Below, piece by piece: positions 34,966 through 48,000 of a DNA stretch of 64,000 bases. The first letter of the stretch is position 1; each line of letters starts with the position of its first letter. The notes under the pieces are model-generated. The model saw only the letters and a list, made by a program, of their open reading frames with translations. It had not been told where the DNA came from and did not search any database. A program made the translations under genes and the position numbers. The stretch is from Carcharhinus longimanus (lineage: Eukaryota): assembly GCA_030264375.1 (NCBI GenBank), contig JASCQW010000133.1:14546844-14610843 (forward strand), read 5' to 3'.

Positions 34966-35889
34966 TCTCCTCACAGCTTGTAAAACATACAAGTGCACTA
35001 GGTGGCAGTGTCATTCTGAGGTGGCCCAAATAAACATAGAGAAGTTGAGTTTCTGCTGGTTTCCTTGAGTTACATCCATTCAGAACATCAGGGGAATTTT
35101 TAATATACTCGGTTTAATCTGAAAACAAGATAGTGTTTTCTATGATCTTTTACAATCCTCAAAATTCAGCTTGTATGGACCAGGCCCCATCACCCAAAGC
35201 ATTGACCATAGTGGAAACAAATCGATTGTGAAGGTCTTCAAATTCTTTTCAATCTTGCTTACAGGCATTAACATTTTTATAAGACTATAAAGTAGTTACA
35301 TTGCTGATCCAGTTCAGTTTCTGGTCAATGGTAACCTCCAGGACATTGATACCATTAGCACAATTTGATTTTTCAAGTTTAGAACCTAAGAACATAAGAA
35401 ATAGGAGCAGGAGTAGGCCATCTAGCCCCTCGAGCCTGCCCTGCCATTCAATAAGATCATGGCNNNNNNNNNNNNNNNNNNNNNNNNNNNNNNNNNNNNN
35501 NNNNNNNNNNNNNNNNNNNNNNNNNNNNNNNNNNNNNNNNNNNNNNNNNNNNNNNNNNNNNNNTAATGAAAGGCAGAATTATTGATTATGAAAAAGCATA
35601 ATTGATCTGTATCTGACTCTGTAATTCAGTTCTTTCAGAGAGGTTCTGTTGCTCTCCCCTTAAAGCTATTTAACTCTTCGAGAGACTCCAGTTGGCTGTA
35701 CGTTTGTATTGTATTGTGTTTTCATGTTTTATGTTAAATAAATTTGTTAGTCTTTTGCACAGTGATATTTACCTTGTGAATTTTGAATTTTCTTAGTTTA
35801 AGACACAATTGGCCACCTCTTGAAATTTCCCCATAACCGGAAGCCAGGTTGCGGGGCTGAGAAAGGAGGGTAGGTGCTGGCCAGCAGGG

Positions 35890-36110
35890 AATTCTGCCAT
35901 TCTGCAAATATTTTTAACAATACCTGTCACAAATGTTTCCGGTGCGCATCCTTTCTCTATATTGAAAAGAGTCAAAAATTATCTGCGAAGTGTGATATGC
36001 CAGGAACATTTGACAAGTTCAGCAAAGGTGACGATTGAAAAATGCATCCTTACCGATGATAATGTCATTGATGATTTTGTGAAGATAAAGTGCAGAAGAA
36101 AAATGATCTA
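35890..36110 (+). mobile_element. hAT transposase C-terminal dimerisation domain fossil (ZMYM1/Tip100-like)
   Basis: Reading ILQIFLTIPVTNVSGAHPFSILKRVKNYLRSVICQEHL...DDNVIDDFVKIKCRRK fits the hAT dimerisation consensus (LTIPVT.AS.ERSFS.LKRIKNYLRS). Confidence 0.75.
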
Positions 36111-36544
36111 AATTGCCATGGATTGCAACCAACCGATGAAGCAAGAACATCTTAGAAATATGTCCCTGTTCCATATTCTCTTGTTTCAATTCTGTTTTAC
36201 TGGTCTGATATCATTGCTGTCACATGCAGACAGTTATAACCAGTGAGTAACTGCCATTCCCCATTGCTCTCAATACTGGCCTTCAGAAAATCCCTTTTGG
36301 ACAAAGAAAGGAATCTTACCAGACTGTTGCCTGCAAAGCCTCTGATATTGGATTTGGACTGTACATTGGTTGGGCTACTTGCTGCTGCACTGAACTTTTT
36401 CTGGCTCATTCGCCCCTGCACCAGCCTGTGCTGTGCTGCAGTGGTATCACTGGCTGATCTCTCCATCTTGTTGTTCAATGGTCAGTTCCATGTTAGCTCA
36501 CCTCAAGACACATAGATCACAATACCTCTACTGACAGGTAGGCT

Positions 36545-36860
36545 TGGATTTCAAATGATCAATCACAGGCTGGTTTTCAAAAGTTAAAAAGCACTAAAGC
36601 AATTAAGCATTGATTTGTCATGTGTATGTTTTTTTGTATTCTTGCAACTTGCATTGTGGATTTGAATTTGAATGAATCAATTACAGGCTTATTTTCGTCA
36701 GTTACAATGAGGAGTGATTTGTGTATTTGCACTTTTTTGGATTCCTGTGGCATGTGATATGGATTTGAGTTCATCAATTACAGGCTTGTTTTCATAAGTT
36801 AAAGGGCACTGAACCATTGATCTGTGTACTTTTCTGTATGTTTGTGGCTTGCATTGTGTG
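36545..36860. repeat. Three diverged ~105-110 bp direct repeats, followed by short G-rich repeats at 36900-36990
   Basis: TCAAT(C/T)ACAGGCT(G/T)(G/A)TTTTC...AGTTA recurs at about 36559, 36677 and 36774. Confidence 0.7.
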
Positions 36861-37849
36861 AGCTCAAGATGGGCATGGTCAGGAGGGCAATTATGTCATT
36901 TGGGGCAGGGCTTGATATTACTGGGAGGGGTGGAGCTTGACATCACTGGGGTTGGAGCACCATGACACTGAGGGGGGAGGGGGTGTGACTTCATGGGGAT
37001 ACCCCAACATGGAGACAGAACATGGGGCCCCAATAGTCTATCTCTGATTGTGGAGGCTCTGTGGTTGCATTGCTGATTGTGCTCTTGTTCAGAGCCGAGA
37101 ACAGAGTCTCCACTATAATTATTTTCTATATTATTTTTTCAAATGTGTACTTTGACCTAATTCCTTCCCAGCTTGCCTTCTCTCCCCTCCTTGCTGGGCA
37201 CCTAACTGCATTCCTCCCTGCACAGTAACATTCAGTGGCCCCTGTTGGATACTACAATCACAAAGTGTCAAATGTGGAATTCTAAGTGTACACTGGATAT
37301 TCTATTGCCCCCGTTTCTCCCTCCTGTAAGACCATCCACTTCTATGCTTTGTAATTTAATACCCATTGTCTGGTAAATATATCAGTGTGACCCATGAGCT
37401 GTAACAATGAAGCTCCACGTTGTGTGTACATTGTAATCTCACACGTATTCTCCTGTACGTCCCTTTCCGCTTGGTACTTCATAACCTGTTGTCAGTCATA
37501 TGCTCTACCGCTTGTGCCTTCTCTCTTCATGTGATTGCATTCAAGAATAAATTATCCAAACATTCCTGCTCTTCTGTTATGTGCCTTTAACTCACATTCA
37601 GCTCAACGAATCTCAGCACGAGTAACAACAACAACTTACCCCCACTATTATATTGAAAAGACTTTGATCTGCACTCTAAACCCCTTTCCCCAGCTACTGT
37701 ATGTCTGAGACTAAACCAAACTATTTCCAACCTTTGTGGCATATTTGAAGATGAGATGAACTTCCAACCACATACCCTTTAATAAGACCACCTGTTTTCT
37801 TGTTTGTAGAGTTCCAGACAGGGTTTGGGATTGTCTAGTTTATTAAAAG

Positions 37850-38170
37850 GGATGGCGTGGCAGAGTGGCTAGCACTGCTGTCCTGCAGCACCAGGGACCT
37901 GGGTTCGATTCCTGGCTTGGGTCACTGTCTGGGTGAAGTTTGCATGTTCTCCCCGTGTCTGCATGTGTTTCCTCCGGGTGCTGTGGTTTCCTCTTACAGT
38001 CCAAAGATGTGCAGGATGGGTTGATTGGCCATGCTAAATTGCCCTTTAGTGTCAGGGGGATGAGCTAGGGTAAATGCATGAGATTATGGGGATGGGACTT
38101 GGGTGGGATTGTGATCAGTGCTGACTTGATGGGCCAAATGGCCTCCTTCTGCACTCTAGGATTCTATAAT
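37850..38170 (+). mobile_element. HE1-type SINE
   Basis: Full head, core and tail. Confidence 0.88.
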
Positions 38171-39124
38171 AGTCAAGTCTATAGTTTTCATTTATTTACA
38201 GCAAGTATCTGGACAATGGGATTTCGACATGAGGTAAGAGCTTCTGCTCTCTTCAAGATCTCTGTTACTTCTCAATCATGTGATCTGACATAAGTTTTAA
38301 ATCAGAATCACATGTACTTCCAATTTTAAACCTTTACTCTACATTTCTCCCACCAGTCTTTATCACCACCGTATTCATGTCAACCTGTATCTTCCTCTAA
38401 AGTCTCATACTTTACAGGATTAGTCTCCTGAGGTGCCTTGACCAATCTCCCTGACTTCATTCTGATCTCCATTTGAGATTGAGGGTTTTCAGTACTCTTC
38501 CTTTTGTTGCTGTGAATGATCTCCTTCTGGCTGGCTGTAGAGCTTACAGTCAGTCTTCCCTCTTCAGGATCTGAGTAGCAAGCCCAAGTTTCTATTGACT
38601 TTCACTTCAATGCTATTAAGGTGCCATGGTTTCTTCTTATGACACCTTGGCCTGTGTCAAGCCTGTACAATCTTCATTGTTCAATTTTTTTAAGGATTGT
38701 GCCTTTATTGATCTCAGGCCTTGCGTCTGTCCCCAGCTTCAGCACTGGTAACTCATGTTTATCCCTGCAATTAAAGTTCCAAGTCTATTTGTTTCTCTGT
38801 TCTTCCTCATGCTGCTTTACCCTCTTGTGGTCATTTGTGGTAATGTTTCATTTGAACATTGTGGAAGCAGTGTTCTCAAATTCCTACTCATTCATAATTC
38901 TGATGGTCAGAAACTATTCTGTAGTGGAGAGGATCAGTAACTCAGAGGATCAAGATTAAGGTCTCTATTTTTCTATATTAACTCCTAAATGGTTTGTACC
39001 CTTCTCTCTGCCTCTCTATGCTTGAGCACAGCCAGGTGAACTGGTGACATGGACAATGCCTTTTACGGTGGTGGAATTTGGGAATTGCTCCTTGCAAATT
39101 GCGGCCCATTGTCAGACACGGCAA

Positions 39125-39482
39125 TGGGAAGCATGGATAGGATGAATGCACTCAGTCTTTTTTGCAGGATTGGGGAATTGAGAACAAGAGGGCATAGGTT
39201 TAATTTAAGAATGGAAAGAATTAATGGGAGCCTGAGGAGCAACTTTTTTTACACGGAGGCTGGTTAAGCATGTGGAATGAGCTGCCGGAGGAAATGGTTG
39301 AGGAAGGGACATTGACAACATTTAAAAGGCATTTGGACAGATACATGGATAGAAAAAGTTTAGAGGGATATGGGCCAAATGCAGGCAAATGGGGTTAGCT
39401 TAGATGGGCTTTTTGGTCAGCGTGGACCATCTTGGGCCGAAGGGCTTGTCTCTGTGCTGTAGATTCTATGATTCTATGATTT
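39125..39482 (+). mobile_element. CR1 3' fragment
   Basis: RTRGHRFNLRMERINGSLRSNFF and an (ATTCTATG)n tail. Confidence 0.85.
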
Positions 39483-39599
39483 TATAATGTCCTGAATGCT
39501 AAACATTGAATAAATTCCCTTGAGTGTTTGCATGACTAGTTACGCCAGGATACAATGCAATCAGTTTATTTCAATCCAGCTTGAATAATAATCAATAGT

Positions 39600-40942
39600 G
39601 ATAAGTAATGTTTTCCCCTTAGAATTGAATAGGTGCTCCCATGGCCTTGATGGAAAAGAAGGTGGCAATTATTTTGTTCCTGACTATTTATAGCACAAGT
39701 ATTGGTTAGAAATCATTTCTACAGAGTGAGCTGTACCTGACCATCAGACTGATTGGTGCACTTTTGCACAATACTTAGTAATTCCTAACGATCTTTGGTG
39801 AAATCTTTGAAGACTATCAATCTAAAGGGCTCTCAGTATGACTAATCTCTTGTCGTAGACTAGCAAGTCATCAATGACAGTGAGATGTTTACTCTGTTCA
39901 CAATAATGCTGAGTATCAGATTATTGGAGATTTATTCTAGCTTCCCAACACACAATATTGGCAGATTTGAAGACATTCTTCATCCTGTTTCGGGGCTTAC
40001 TTTATTTCTGCAAAATTCTTGCAATAGCTAGTATGTGCTAGTTGATTAAGGACATATATGCTTCAAACTCCTGAATAAAGTCTAAATCCTCTTGTTTATT
40101 TCCTCTTGTTGATGTTTACAACAGTGTGTCCAAACTGTTGTTTGATATTTTCCTTGCACATACTCTGTGATAGACTCATATCTCATCGATCTTAATCTGG
40201 ACCATTCAATTCTGGGCAATACCCTTAAAATTTCTTTCATTTCCAGAAAGGTAATGAGTTATTTATGGCTTATTTCTGTTCTGAAATGCAATACCATGAC
40301 ATAGTCTGAAACTTTTTCATACACAACAATTTTTTTTCTTTCATGGTCTATCATTGTTTCTTTTCTGCCTGTGACACAGTAGACTGGTATTTGCTTGTTG
40401 TCTTTTTGCACTTGAAACAGTACTGCCCCTAGACATGTGGACAATGCATCTACCACTACTATAACCTGTAAGTCTGAATTATAATATGCCAAAATTTCAG
40501 AAGAAATTAAAAGTTGTTTAAACCTTTTAATATTATTTTGCTGGACTACATTCCAGCACCACTGTTGACACTGTCTCAAGGGCTCGCTGACCTTTGCCAA
40601 ATTTGGAATGAATTTGCCTGTTTGCTTCACCAACCGTTGGAACCTTTGAAGCTCAGTTATGCTCCTCGGTTGCAGAAATTCTATTTTTTTGTGGATCAAC
40701 TGTGATTTCAGTGGCTTGTATTATGTAACCTAGAAATGTACTCATAGGTTTGGAAAACTCACATTTTGCATGCAATGTTAGGCTTGCATCCATTGGGCTC
40801 TCAGGACTGCTCTGTCTCTTTGGTCATATACCTCCATCATGGATACACATATAAATATATTTTCTATATGACATACTACTTCTTCCATATCTACTAATGT
40901 ATCGGACATTGTTCTCTGAAAAATCTCTGGAGTGGATGCAAT
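39600..40942 (-). mobile_element. Gypsy pol fossil (RT C-terminal half and RNase H), continued at 44143-44830
   Basis: IASTPEIFQRTMSDTLVDMEEVVCHIENIF and ELQRFQRLVKQTGKFIPNLAKVSEPLR..SSEILAYYN..VDALSTCLGAVLFQ. Confidence 0.85.
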
Positions 40943-42559
40943 TGCCTGCATGCCATTGTAATGTAAAGGGCTATATGGGACTGAGAATAGCACTGCCCAT
41001 GGTATCGTGCATAGAGTCACATGGTAATAGACTCGGAGTACAGGCTAGAGGGAACCTGCATAGGAGAAAAATCAAGCATGGCAGCAACTGGGATATATAC
41101 ATAACGATTATCATAAAAGGTTCATGCTTAAACACACAAATCTCAAGATCTCATCATTAAGACACCAAATCAACTCAAAGCTCAACATGACAGTTAGCAA
41201 TAGTATGGCTTGGAAATATATTGCCGTTCCTTTGTAGTCGCTGGGTCAAAATCTTGGAATTCCCTCCCTAACGGCATTGTGGGTCAACCCACAGCACATG
41301 GACTGCAGCGATTCAAGAAGGCAGCTCATCTTCTTAAGGGGAACGAGGGATGTGCAATAAATGCTGGCCAGCCAGCGACACCCATGTCCCACGAATGAAT
41401 AAAAAAAAAGAAAGGTGGCACTTGAACAAAGAACCCAGAATGAAATTCCAAGATATGAAATGCTAAAAGCAGCCAAAGCCTAACCACTGAGATGCATGCG
41501 TAATAAAAAAAAATGAAGAGACAGTCAATGAAGCTTCCCGATTAACCTAGTAGAAGAATCCACCAGAGTGAGTGGAGCCCATCGCAAGACTCTGAATGAC
41601 ACAGAGTGAAGGAACGTGGTAAGCTCACAAGATGCATTAGTAAAATGTAAAAGCGAAACTGTACTTAAATTGTAGAATAGATGGCAATCCCAGGAGCTCA
41701 GGAGATTGCAGAAGCTGGAAGACAGTTGCAAGTAAAAAAAGCCTTCAGCTAAAAATGTCTAAAAGGTTTAAACTTAAAGAAGTGGTTGATCACCAGGAAG
41801 CCTGCCAAAATCGCAAAAGCGCGCACAAGTCAAAGATAAAGAAAGTGACAGGCTGCAGACAACCTGAGTGAGTAAAAAGACATCTGCCTTAAAGGGGGAA
41901 CAACATTTAAAGCTGCAACTGCAACTTCTACAAAACAAAATGGCCATGGACAGAAAATGGGAAGCACCAGACCCATTCTGGATATGGAAATGGCTAAACC
42001 AGACCCAAGAGTGGGAACCTTGGGGAAGATAGTTTTTATATTGCAGGAAAATTAAGTGTTAAATAAAGAATCAGAACAAAAACGAGTTGGCAAGTTTTTA
42101 GTTCACGCTTCATTGTGAGTGAAATACTCCACAGCCAACATATAGATCAATACTTGACAACATTTGGTGAGATATTCAAAGTCTTTGACAGATATTTTAA
42201 ACTCCATGTTGTGGAGGTTGAAGACCCAGAAGAATGCCCAGCAGGCGCCCCATAAAATGCCATGGGTGACAAAAAACCCCAGGGTGAGGGCTACATTAGC
42301 CCCCAGAGTGAGGAAGACAGAAGACCCTAGAGCAAGGGATATTCAAGTTAAACACAAGATGGTTACTGACATGTTAGTGCAATGAAGTGCACAAACCAAA
42401 GAGTTTAGTGTAGAACAGAGAAGCAACCGAATAGTTTGAAAATGGAACCTTTAGAAGATGCTGACACAGTATCCAAACTACAACAGCAGATGGCAGTGCA
42501 GAGTGAACAAATGGCTGTAAAGGAAGGAAAGCTATCTAAGGAAACTCAACAGAAATAAA

Positions 42560-42937
42560 GGCTGCAATTCTCCCATTGCGATCCTCAACTTTTCTGGAGG
42601 GTCACAGTAGGAGATGCGCGTCGCCGGCCTTGGGAATGCAGAGCCGGCAAACAGTCACCGGTCAGATCATGCACTGAGTAAAAAAAAGGGGTCCTGGGCT
42701 GGCCAGTGATTGGGCTGGCCAGCAAGTGGGGAGACTGACAGACTGGGACTATGCACATGCGCAGAGTTCCAGATCTCTGGAATAGGCCCTGCCCTCCTGG
42801 GTTTTTAATGAGATTCACGATTGTGGCCTTTGCAGTGCACAAAGTGCGGAGATTCAAGTGAGAAATTGAACTGAGAAAACAGTCAAGATTTAGAACAGTT
42901 TTCACACCAATTCAGCACTTTTGGGAGAATTGTCCCC
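42560..42937. mobile_element. Harbinger-type MITE
   Basis: TIRs GGCTGCAATTCTCCC and GGGAGAATTGTCCCC. Confidence 0.7.
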
Positions 42938-43410
42938 AAAATGTGCAAAAAGTAAATGAAATTGCTGTGCAGGAAAATATTCACATCAGAGCTGAACTAG
43001 AAGATTTCAAGCACAAGATTGAAGCTGACTATAAACCTTTGAAAATGCATGACAAAATAAAATCTTTAATGAACCAAGCTGTTTGAGATCTGAACAAACA
43101 AATTTCAGAGATGACACAATGGGGGAAATATTGACCCTCAAATCCACAAAGCAAATCAAAGCAGGATTTGGGACAACTTAACCAAACTTAAAGCCAGACA
43201 ATGCAGCAGGTAGAAAAGAGATGCAAAGAAGCTGCAACCCTGAAAGACTCCTTAAAGAATTGGTATGTAGCCATGGAAAACTTTGAATAGGCTATCAGTA
43301 ACAACAAATCATTGCACTGAAGCCCAGAATGAGTTGGCAAGAGATCAAAAGATGTTCTGCCGAGCAAAAATTAATGTGGGTCTGGAGAATGGCACTATCT
43401 GTGGTATGAT

Positions 43411-43950
43411 GGCACGTTGGCACAGCGGTAGCACAGTGATTAGCACTGCTGCCTTACAGCGCCAGGGATCCAGGTTCAATTCCCAGCTGCCCATGTGGAG
43501 TTGGCATATTCTCCCAGTGTCTGTGTGGGTTTCCTCCAGGTGCTCTGGTTTCCTCCCACAGTTCATAGATGTGTGGGTTAAGTTGATTGGCCATGCTAAA
43601 TTGCCCTTTACCGTCAAGGGGAACTAGCTAGGATAAATGCATGGGGTTATGGGGATAGGACCTGGGTGGGATTGTGTTCGGTGCTGACTTGATGGGCCAA
43701 ATGGCCTCCTGCACTGTAGGATTCTATAATAGGCAAGTCTATAGTTTTCATTAACTAGTACTATTTATTCATAGCAAGTATCAGCACAACGGGATTTCCA
43801 AATGAGGTAAGAGCTTTTGCTCTCTCCAAGATCTCTCTTACTCCTCAATCTGCGGATAGTGCCTTGGTGGGATTGTGATCAGTTCAGACTCACCGGGTTG
43901 AATGGCCTCCTTGTGCACTGTAGGATTCTATAATTCTATGGTTCTATGAT
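43411..43950 (+). mobile_element. Compound HE1-type SINE (SINE, then ~120 bp of copied flank, then a second SINE tail)
   Basis: SINE at 43411-43730, non-SINE sequence at 43730-43850 matching 38170-38278, then a second tail at 43851-43950. Confidence 0.8.
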
Positions 43951-44142
43951 TCCCCGACATATAAAGTCACATGGCAATAGCCTCGGAGTACAGTCGAGAA
44001 GGAACCTGCACAGGACCAGGATCTTGCGTGGCAGTATCTAATATATGTACATAATTAAGGATTACCAATAAATGGTTCATGTTTAAATATACACATCACA
44101 TGATCTCATCAAAGGGACACAAAACAATTCCATAACACAACA

Positions 44143-44830
44143 GCAATTCCAAAGGGAAATCTATTGAAACAATCATGACTGAAAGTTGCAATAAATATGG
44201 TCAGCAGTCCAGATTCTTTGTCCAGAGGCAACTGCCAAAACCTAGTTTTCACATTCAATTTGGGTAACTAAAATGCTCTTTGTCAGCTTTGCTGGGGTTT
44301 CATCCATTGAGACCATTGAGTGGATCTCAGGTTCCTTTACCTTGTTGAGTTAAATTCACACAGGTTCTTGTTTGGTTTGGGATCGTGATCATACCTGAAT
44401 TTCATTTTGTTGGCATGTTGATCAGTGAAATAATCTGTCACTGCTGTAACATACGTATTTCAACCGCACTTTTGTCCAAGACTGACTTTCCTCAGGGTAA
44501 AGGGGCAAATTGGTTTACTATCAGCTTGTATGGTGATGCAGCCTTTAATTTTCACAGCCCTATAAATTATTTTGGGAACTTGATTTGGAATATTCTTAAC
44601 AGCCAGTTTGTCCACCTTACAGAGTAATTTCAGCTTTAGGAGTGCCTTTATGCTTAGTAGAGAGGATTCTTCATTTTGAATGATATTGAGAGGTTTGAGG
44701 ATTTCTTGATTTTATATTTCCACTTTGCTATGAGAAGGGCACAATCTGGGTGACAACTTACACATCCCATTCGATTTTCTTCCCCATTGGAGTAAAAGAC
44801 AGTTCTATAATTCACTGTTTCACCTAATCA
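44143..44830 (-). mobile_element. Gypsy pol fossil (RT N-terminal half)
   Basis: Minus-strand FWQLPLDKESGLLTIFIATFSHDCFNRFPFGIA joins in frame to STPEIFQRTM at 40937. Confidence 0.85.
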
Positions 44831-44842
44831 ATCCTTCTGTTT

Positions 44843-45045
44843 TTGATTTGATTTGATTTGATTTAATATTGTCACATGTATTGGGATACAGTGAAAAGTA
44901 TTGGTTCTTGCACGCCATATAGACAAAGCATGGTGTTCATAGAGAAGAAAAAGGGAGGATGCAGAATGTAGCTAGCGCGTAGAGAAAGATCAACCTCATA
45001 TAAAGTAGGTCCATTCAAAAGTCTGATGGCAGCAGGAAGGAAGCT
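44843..45045 (-). mobile_element. Rex1/Babar-like LINE 3' end
   Basis: SFLPAAIRLLNG and a (TTTGA)n tail. Confidence 0.78.
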
Positions 45046-48000
45046 CAAGCTAACATGAATTATTCTGAACAATATAGGGCATTCCTACAAGTGAGCGCAG
45101 CTATTTTAACATCTTGAATGCACAGTCTGAAATGGCACAAATTGTTGCTAAGTGAAATATAACAAGCTTATTTAATAAAACCCAAAGGAAATATTTCCTA
45201 TCTGCAATATTAATAACCCTGCATTTTCTAAATTCCCCGATAATTATTTCCTAACCCTATTACTTTAATTTTAGTCAAGCACCATAATTAATATTTAACA
45301 GATACAGCACAAGCACTAAGTACAACTGCAGTGCTAATATGAGATCAAGACTTTCATCAATTTCACTGGAGTGCTAAGCATGAAGCTTGAGCTCATTGTA
45401 CAGTGTAATGCTAATAAAACACAAAATAAAGTTAAGGGAGAAACAGCTGATTCAGCTCTCCAGGAGATCGATGACAGAAGCAATAACCATGGCAAAAACC
45501 TTAGATCTGATAAAGATACTTGTGAAGAGAAGAATTTACTGTTCATTGGCTACTTTGCTGGAAGGGAGATTGAAGGTTGATAAGTTTTTCCGCCTCCAAA
45601 GTCTAAGCCATTCATCATGGGATATAGCAACCCTCACTTACCTAAGTTGACTATTAGATATGAGAAGATAAAATATAGTGCCAGAAATTTCCCACTGCCG
45701 CATAAAAAATAGCCAGACTCACTTTTTCTCAAAGCCCCTAAATTGGAATCTGGAATAAACTACTGTTGAAGAGTAGCACTGTACGTGAAATTGACTAAAC
45801 TGTCTGGAACTAGAACGTTAAATGCTGTCCTGCATCAGATCTTCCATTGTACTGGATGTGCTCATGTCCAGGTTCGATGCCCAACTTTAATGCAAAGAGG
45901 CAACTGTTGTTTGACAGGGTACAATGTGCGGTCAGGTGGACACTTTAGGGTCAGTTGCATGGTACTCATGACATTTTTATTCTTTGCAATTCTTCCAACT
46001 CTGATCCAGATAATGCTGCCAAACAATGTCTTAACAAGTCGCTCTTGCAGGGCAAGTAGTGGGAAATCTATCAATGCACCGTACTGGCAATTGTGCAGAT
46101 TTCTTTTGGTTGAACTTCAAATCTACACATGGACATCCCTTTCCCTTGTACCTTTGTGAGCTGATTAAGTTTCCAGTCTTGAAAAAACTGGAACTATGTA
46201 GAAAGAATTCGTTCAATAATATCATAATCGTAGTTGAGACCAGTAAAGATTTTTTGGAACTCCAAAAATCCAGATACTTACCAAAAGCATTAAGCTACAA
46301 GATTCATTGTTTAAAACAAAATAATTTTACAATTCAAAGATAAAAGAACATGAATAGTAATGGCGATGCTCTATCTTAATTAGTCAATTACACTAAAGAT
46401 ATAAAAACTACAATGGATTATACTCTGAATTTCTTGACTCACATTTTCTTCTACATCCATTTGACTTATATCCTCCAAAAACTTAAATCAGATACTTAAC
46501 AGAAATTGGCAGATTTATTAGTTTGTCTATGTCCTGCTTCAAAGAGTTGAGATTTCTTGTGCTTTATGTTTACTTCTAGCAAGGTTGCCTTTCAAATATC
46601 CTCCAACTGTTTCATGTAGACTCCTCGTTTATCATAGGAATAACTAACACCCTAAGTGTACCACCTTGGATCAGAACTTCCCTGGTTGTAATGCTTTCTT
46701 TAACTATGGCATCTTGCATTCGGAAACTTTCTCTCTCCTCAGTTTGGCTATCCCAGAAGTCCAACTTATTGTTTGAAGACTCCTTCATTTGTCGATGGTT
46801 TTGGACCCTTTTACCAGTGCAGCAAATTTCAACTGAGTTCGGCTTGAGAGAGACGTTCCCTCCAACTGACTTGTTCTGAACCAAATTGCTTGAAAACAGA
46901 ATGACATACATTCTCTTACACGTAAGAGAGATTGAAGGATTGTAGTCAGAGCTTCTGCTGTCTCCATTCTTGTTTCCCTCAGCAATAAAGGATATATCCC
47001 ACCTGATCTGGGTGACTGGTTAACTTGGAGCAATGCCAACCAAGTTTGCACTTTCTTTCTATTTATTTTTATGATATCCATATCCTTATTTCCTCATCCT
47101 CTTCTTGTGACATTAAATTCATCTTTTCCTTTTTGTTGAAGATTTCCCTGATGAACCATCTTCACTTTATGTTATCCACCATTTCCAGAGGTACAAAAAA
47201 TATAATTTGACAAGACTGGGTAAAATTATTCATTTTATGCATTTTTCTTCCATATTACTTCTTTGTCATTCGGAATTGTGTTGTAAGTTCTCAATGGTTG
47301 TGTTTTTCATGTTTAGCTCTCTCTTAGCCTTTCAGAGTTCACAGAGAGAAACACCAGTGTTGCATCTGCTCTGGGTTGCGGGGGCTCTTTATTATGTATA
47401 CAAATGTATTCAACGAGCGAAAAAAATGCTTTTCTTTCTAACTCTCAAAATGCGGCCTTCCAGCGTCTGGCCCAGTGGATTCATTTATCCTGCTTCAGTG
47501 GAAAATAAAGTAGATTGATTGGAATCAATGTTACTAAATAGGCTACCTTTGTGTTTTTTTAAAAATGACAAATTAAATAGCTTATTGGCATTTAAGTGAT
47601 TTATAATGTGATCTTTCTCATCTGCATGTACAAGCAAAGAACTTATAAGAGTTTAGACTCTTGCTTTTAATAAAGGTTCTGAATTTAGTGCACCGTGNNN
47701 NNNNNNNNNNNNNNNNNNNNNNNNNNNNNNNNNNNNNNNNNNNNNNNNNNNNNNNNNNNNNNNNNNNNNNNNNNNNNNNNNNNNNNNNNNNNNNNNNTGA
47801 AGATATATCAGCCAACAGTTTTATCTGTGAATAGGAGGAGGAAGTGGCCAGTCTGTCAAACAAATTGGATATAGATCTACCAGGAGAGCAGCAGAATCTA
47901 CATATGGAAGCATGCACTTGGGAGAGATTTTAATCCCCATTAATTTGAGAGATTTGTTTGTACATCAGACAAACAATCTGCTGGTTGTAGTTTGGTGTAT

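Larger units (their letters stand above)
40943..44142 (+). mobile_element. Non-autonomous LTR retroelement (LTRs 40943-41192 and about 43353-44142, the latter split by a SINE) with TSD GCAAT
   Basis: TG...CA ends with GCAAT at 40938-40942 and 44143-44147. Homologous LTR blocks AGTCACATGG.AATAG.CTCGGAGTACAG...GGAACCTGCA...GGTTCATG..TAAA...GATCTCATCA. Gag-like QEWEPWGR motif at about 42005-42030. Confidence 0.8.

Noticed and set aside
46612-46911. 99-aa minus-strand ORF
   Set aside because: No recognisable domain or splice context, and it lies next to CR1 debris. Not supportable as coding.
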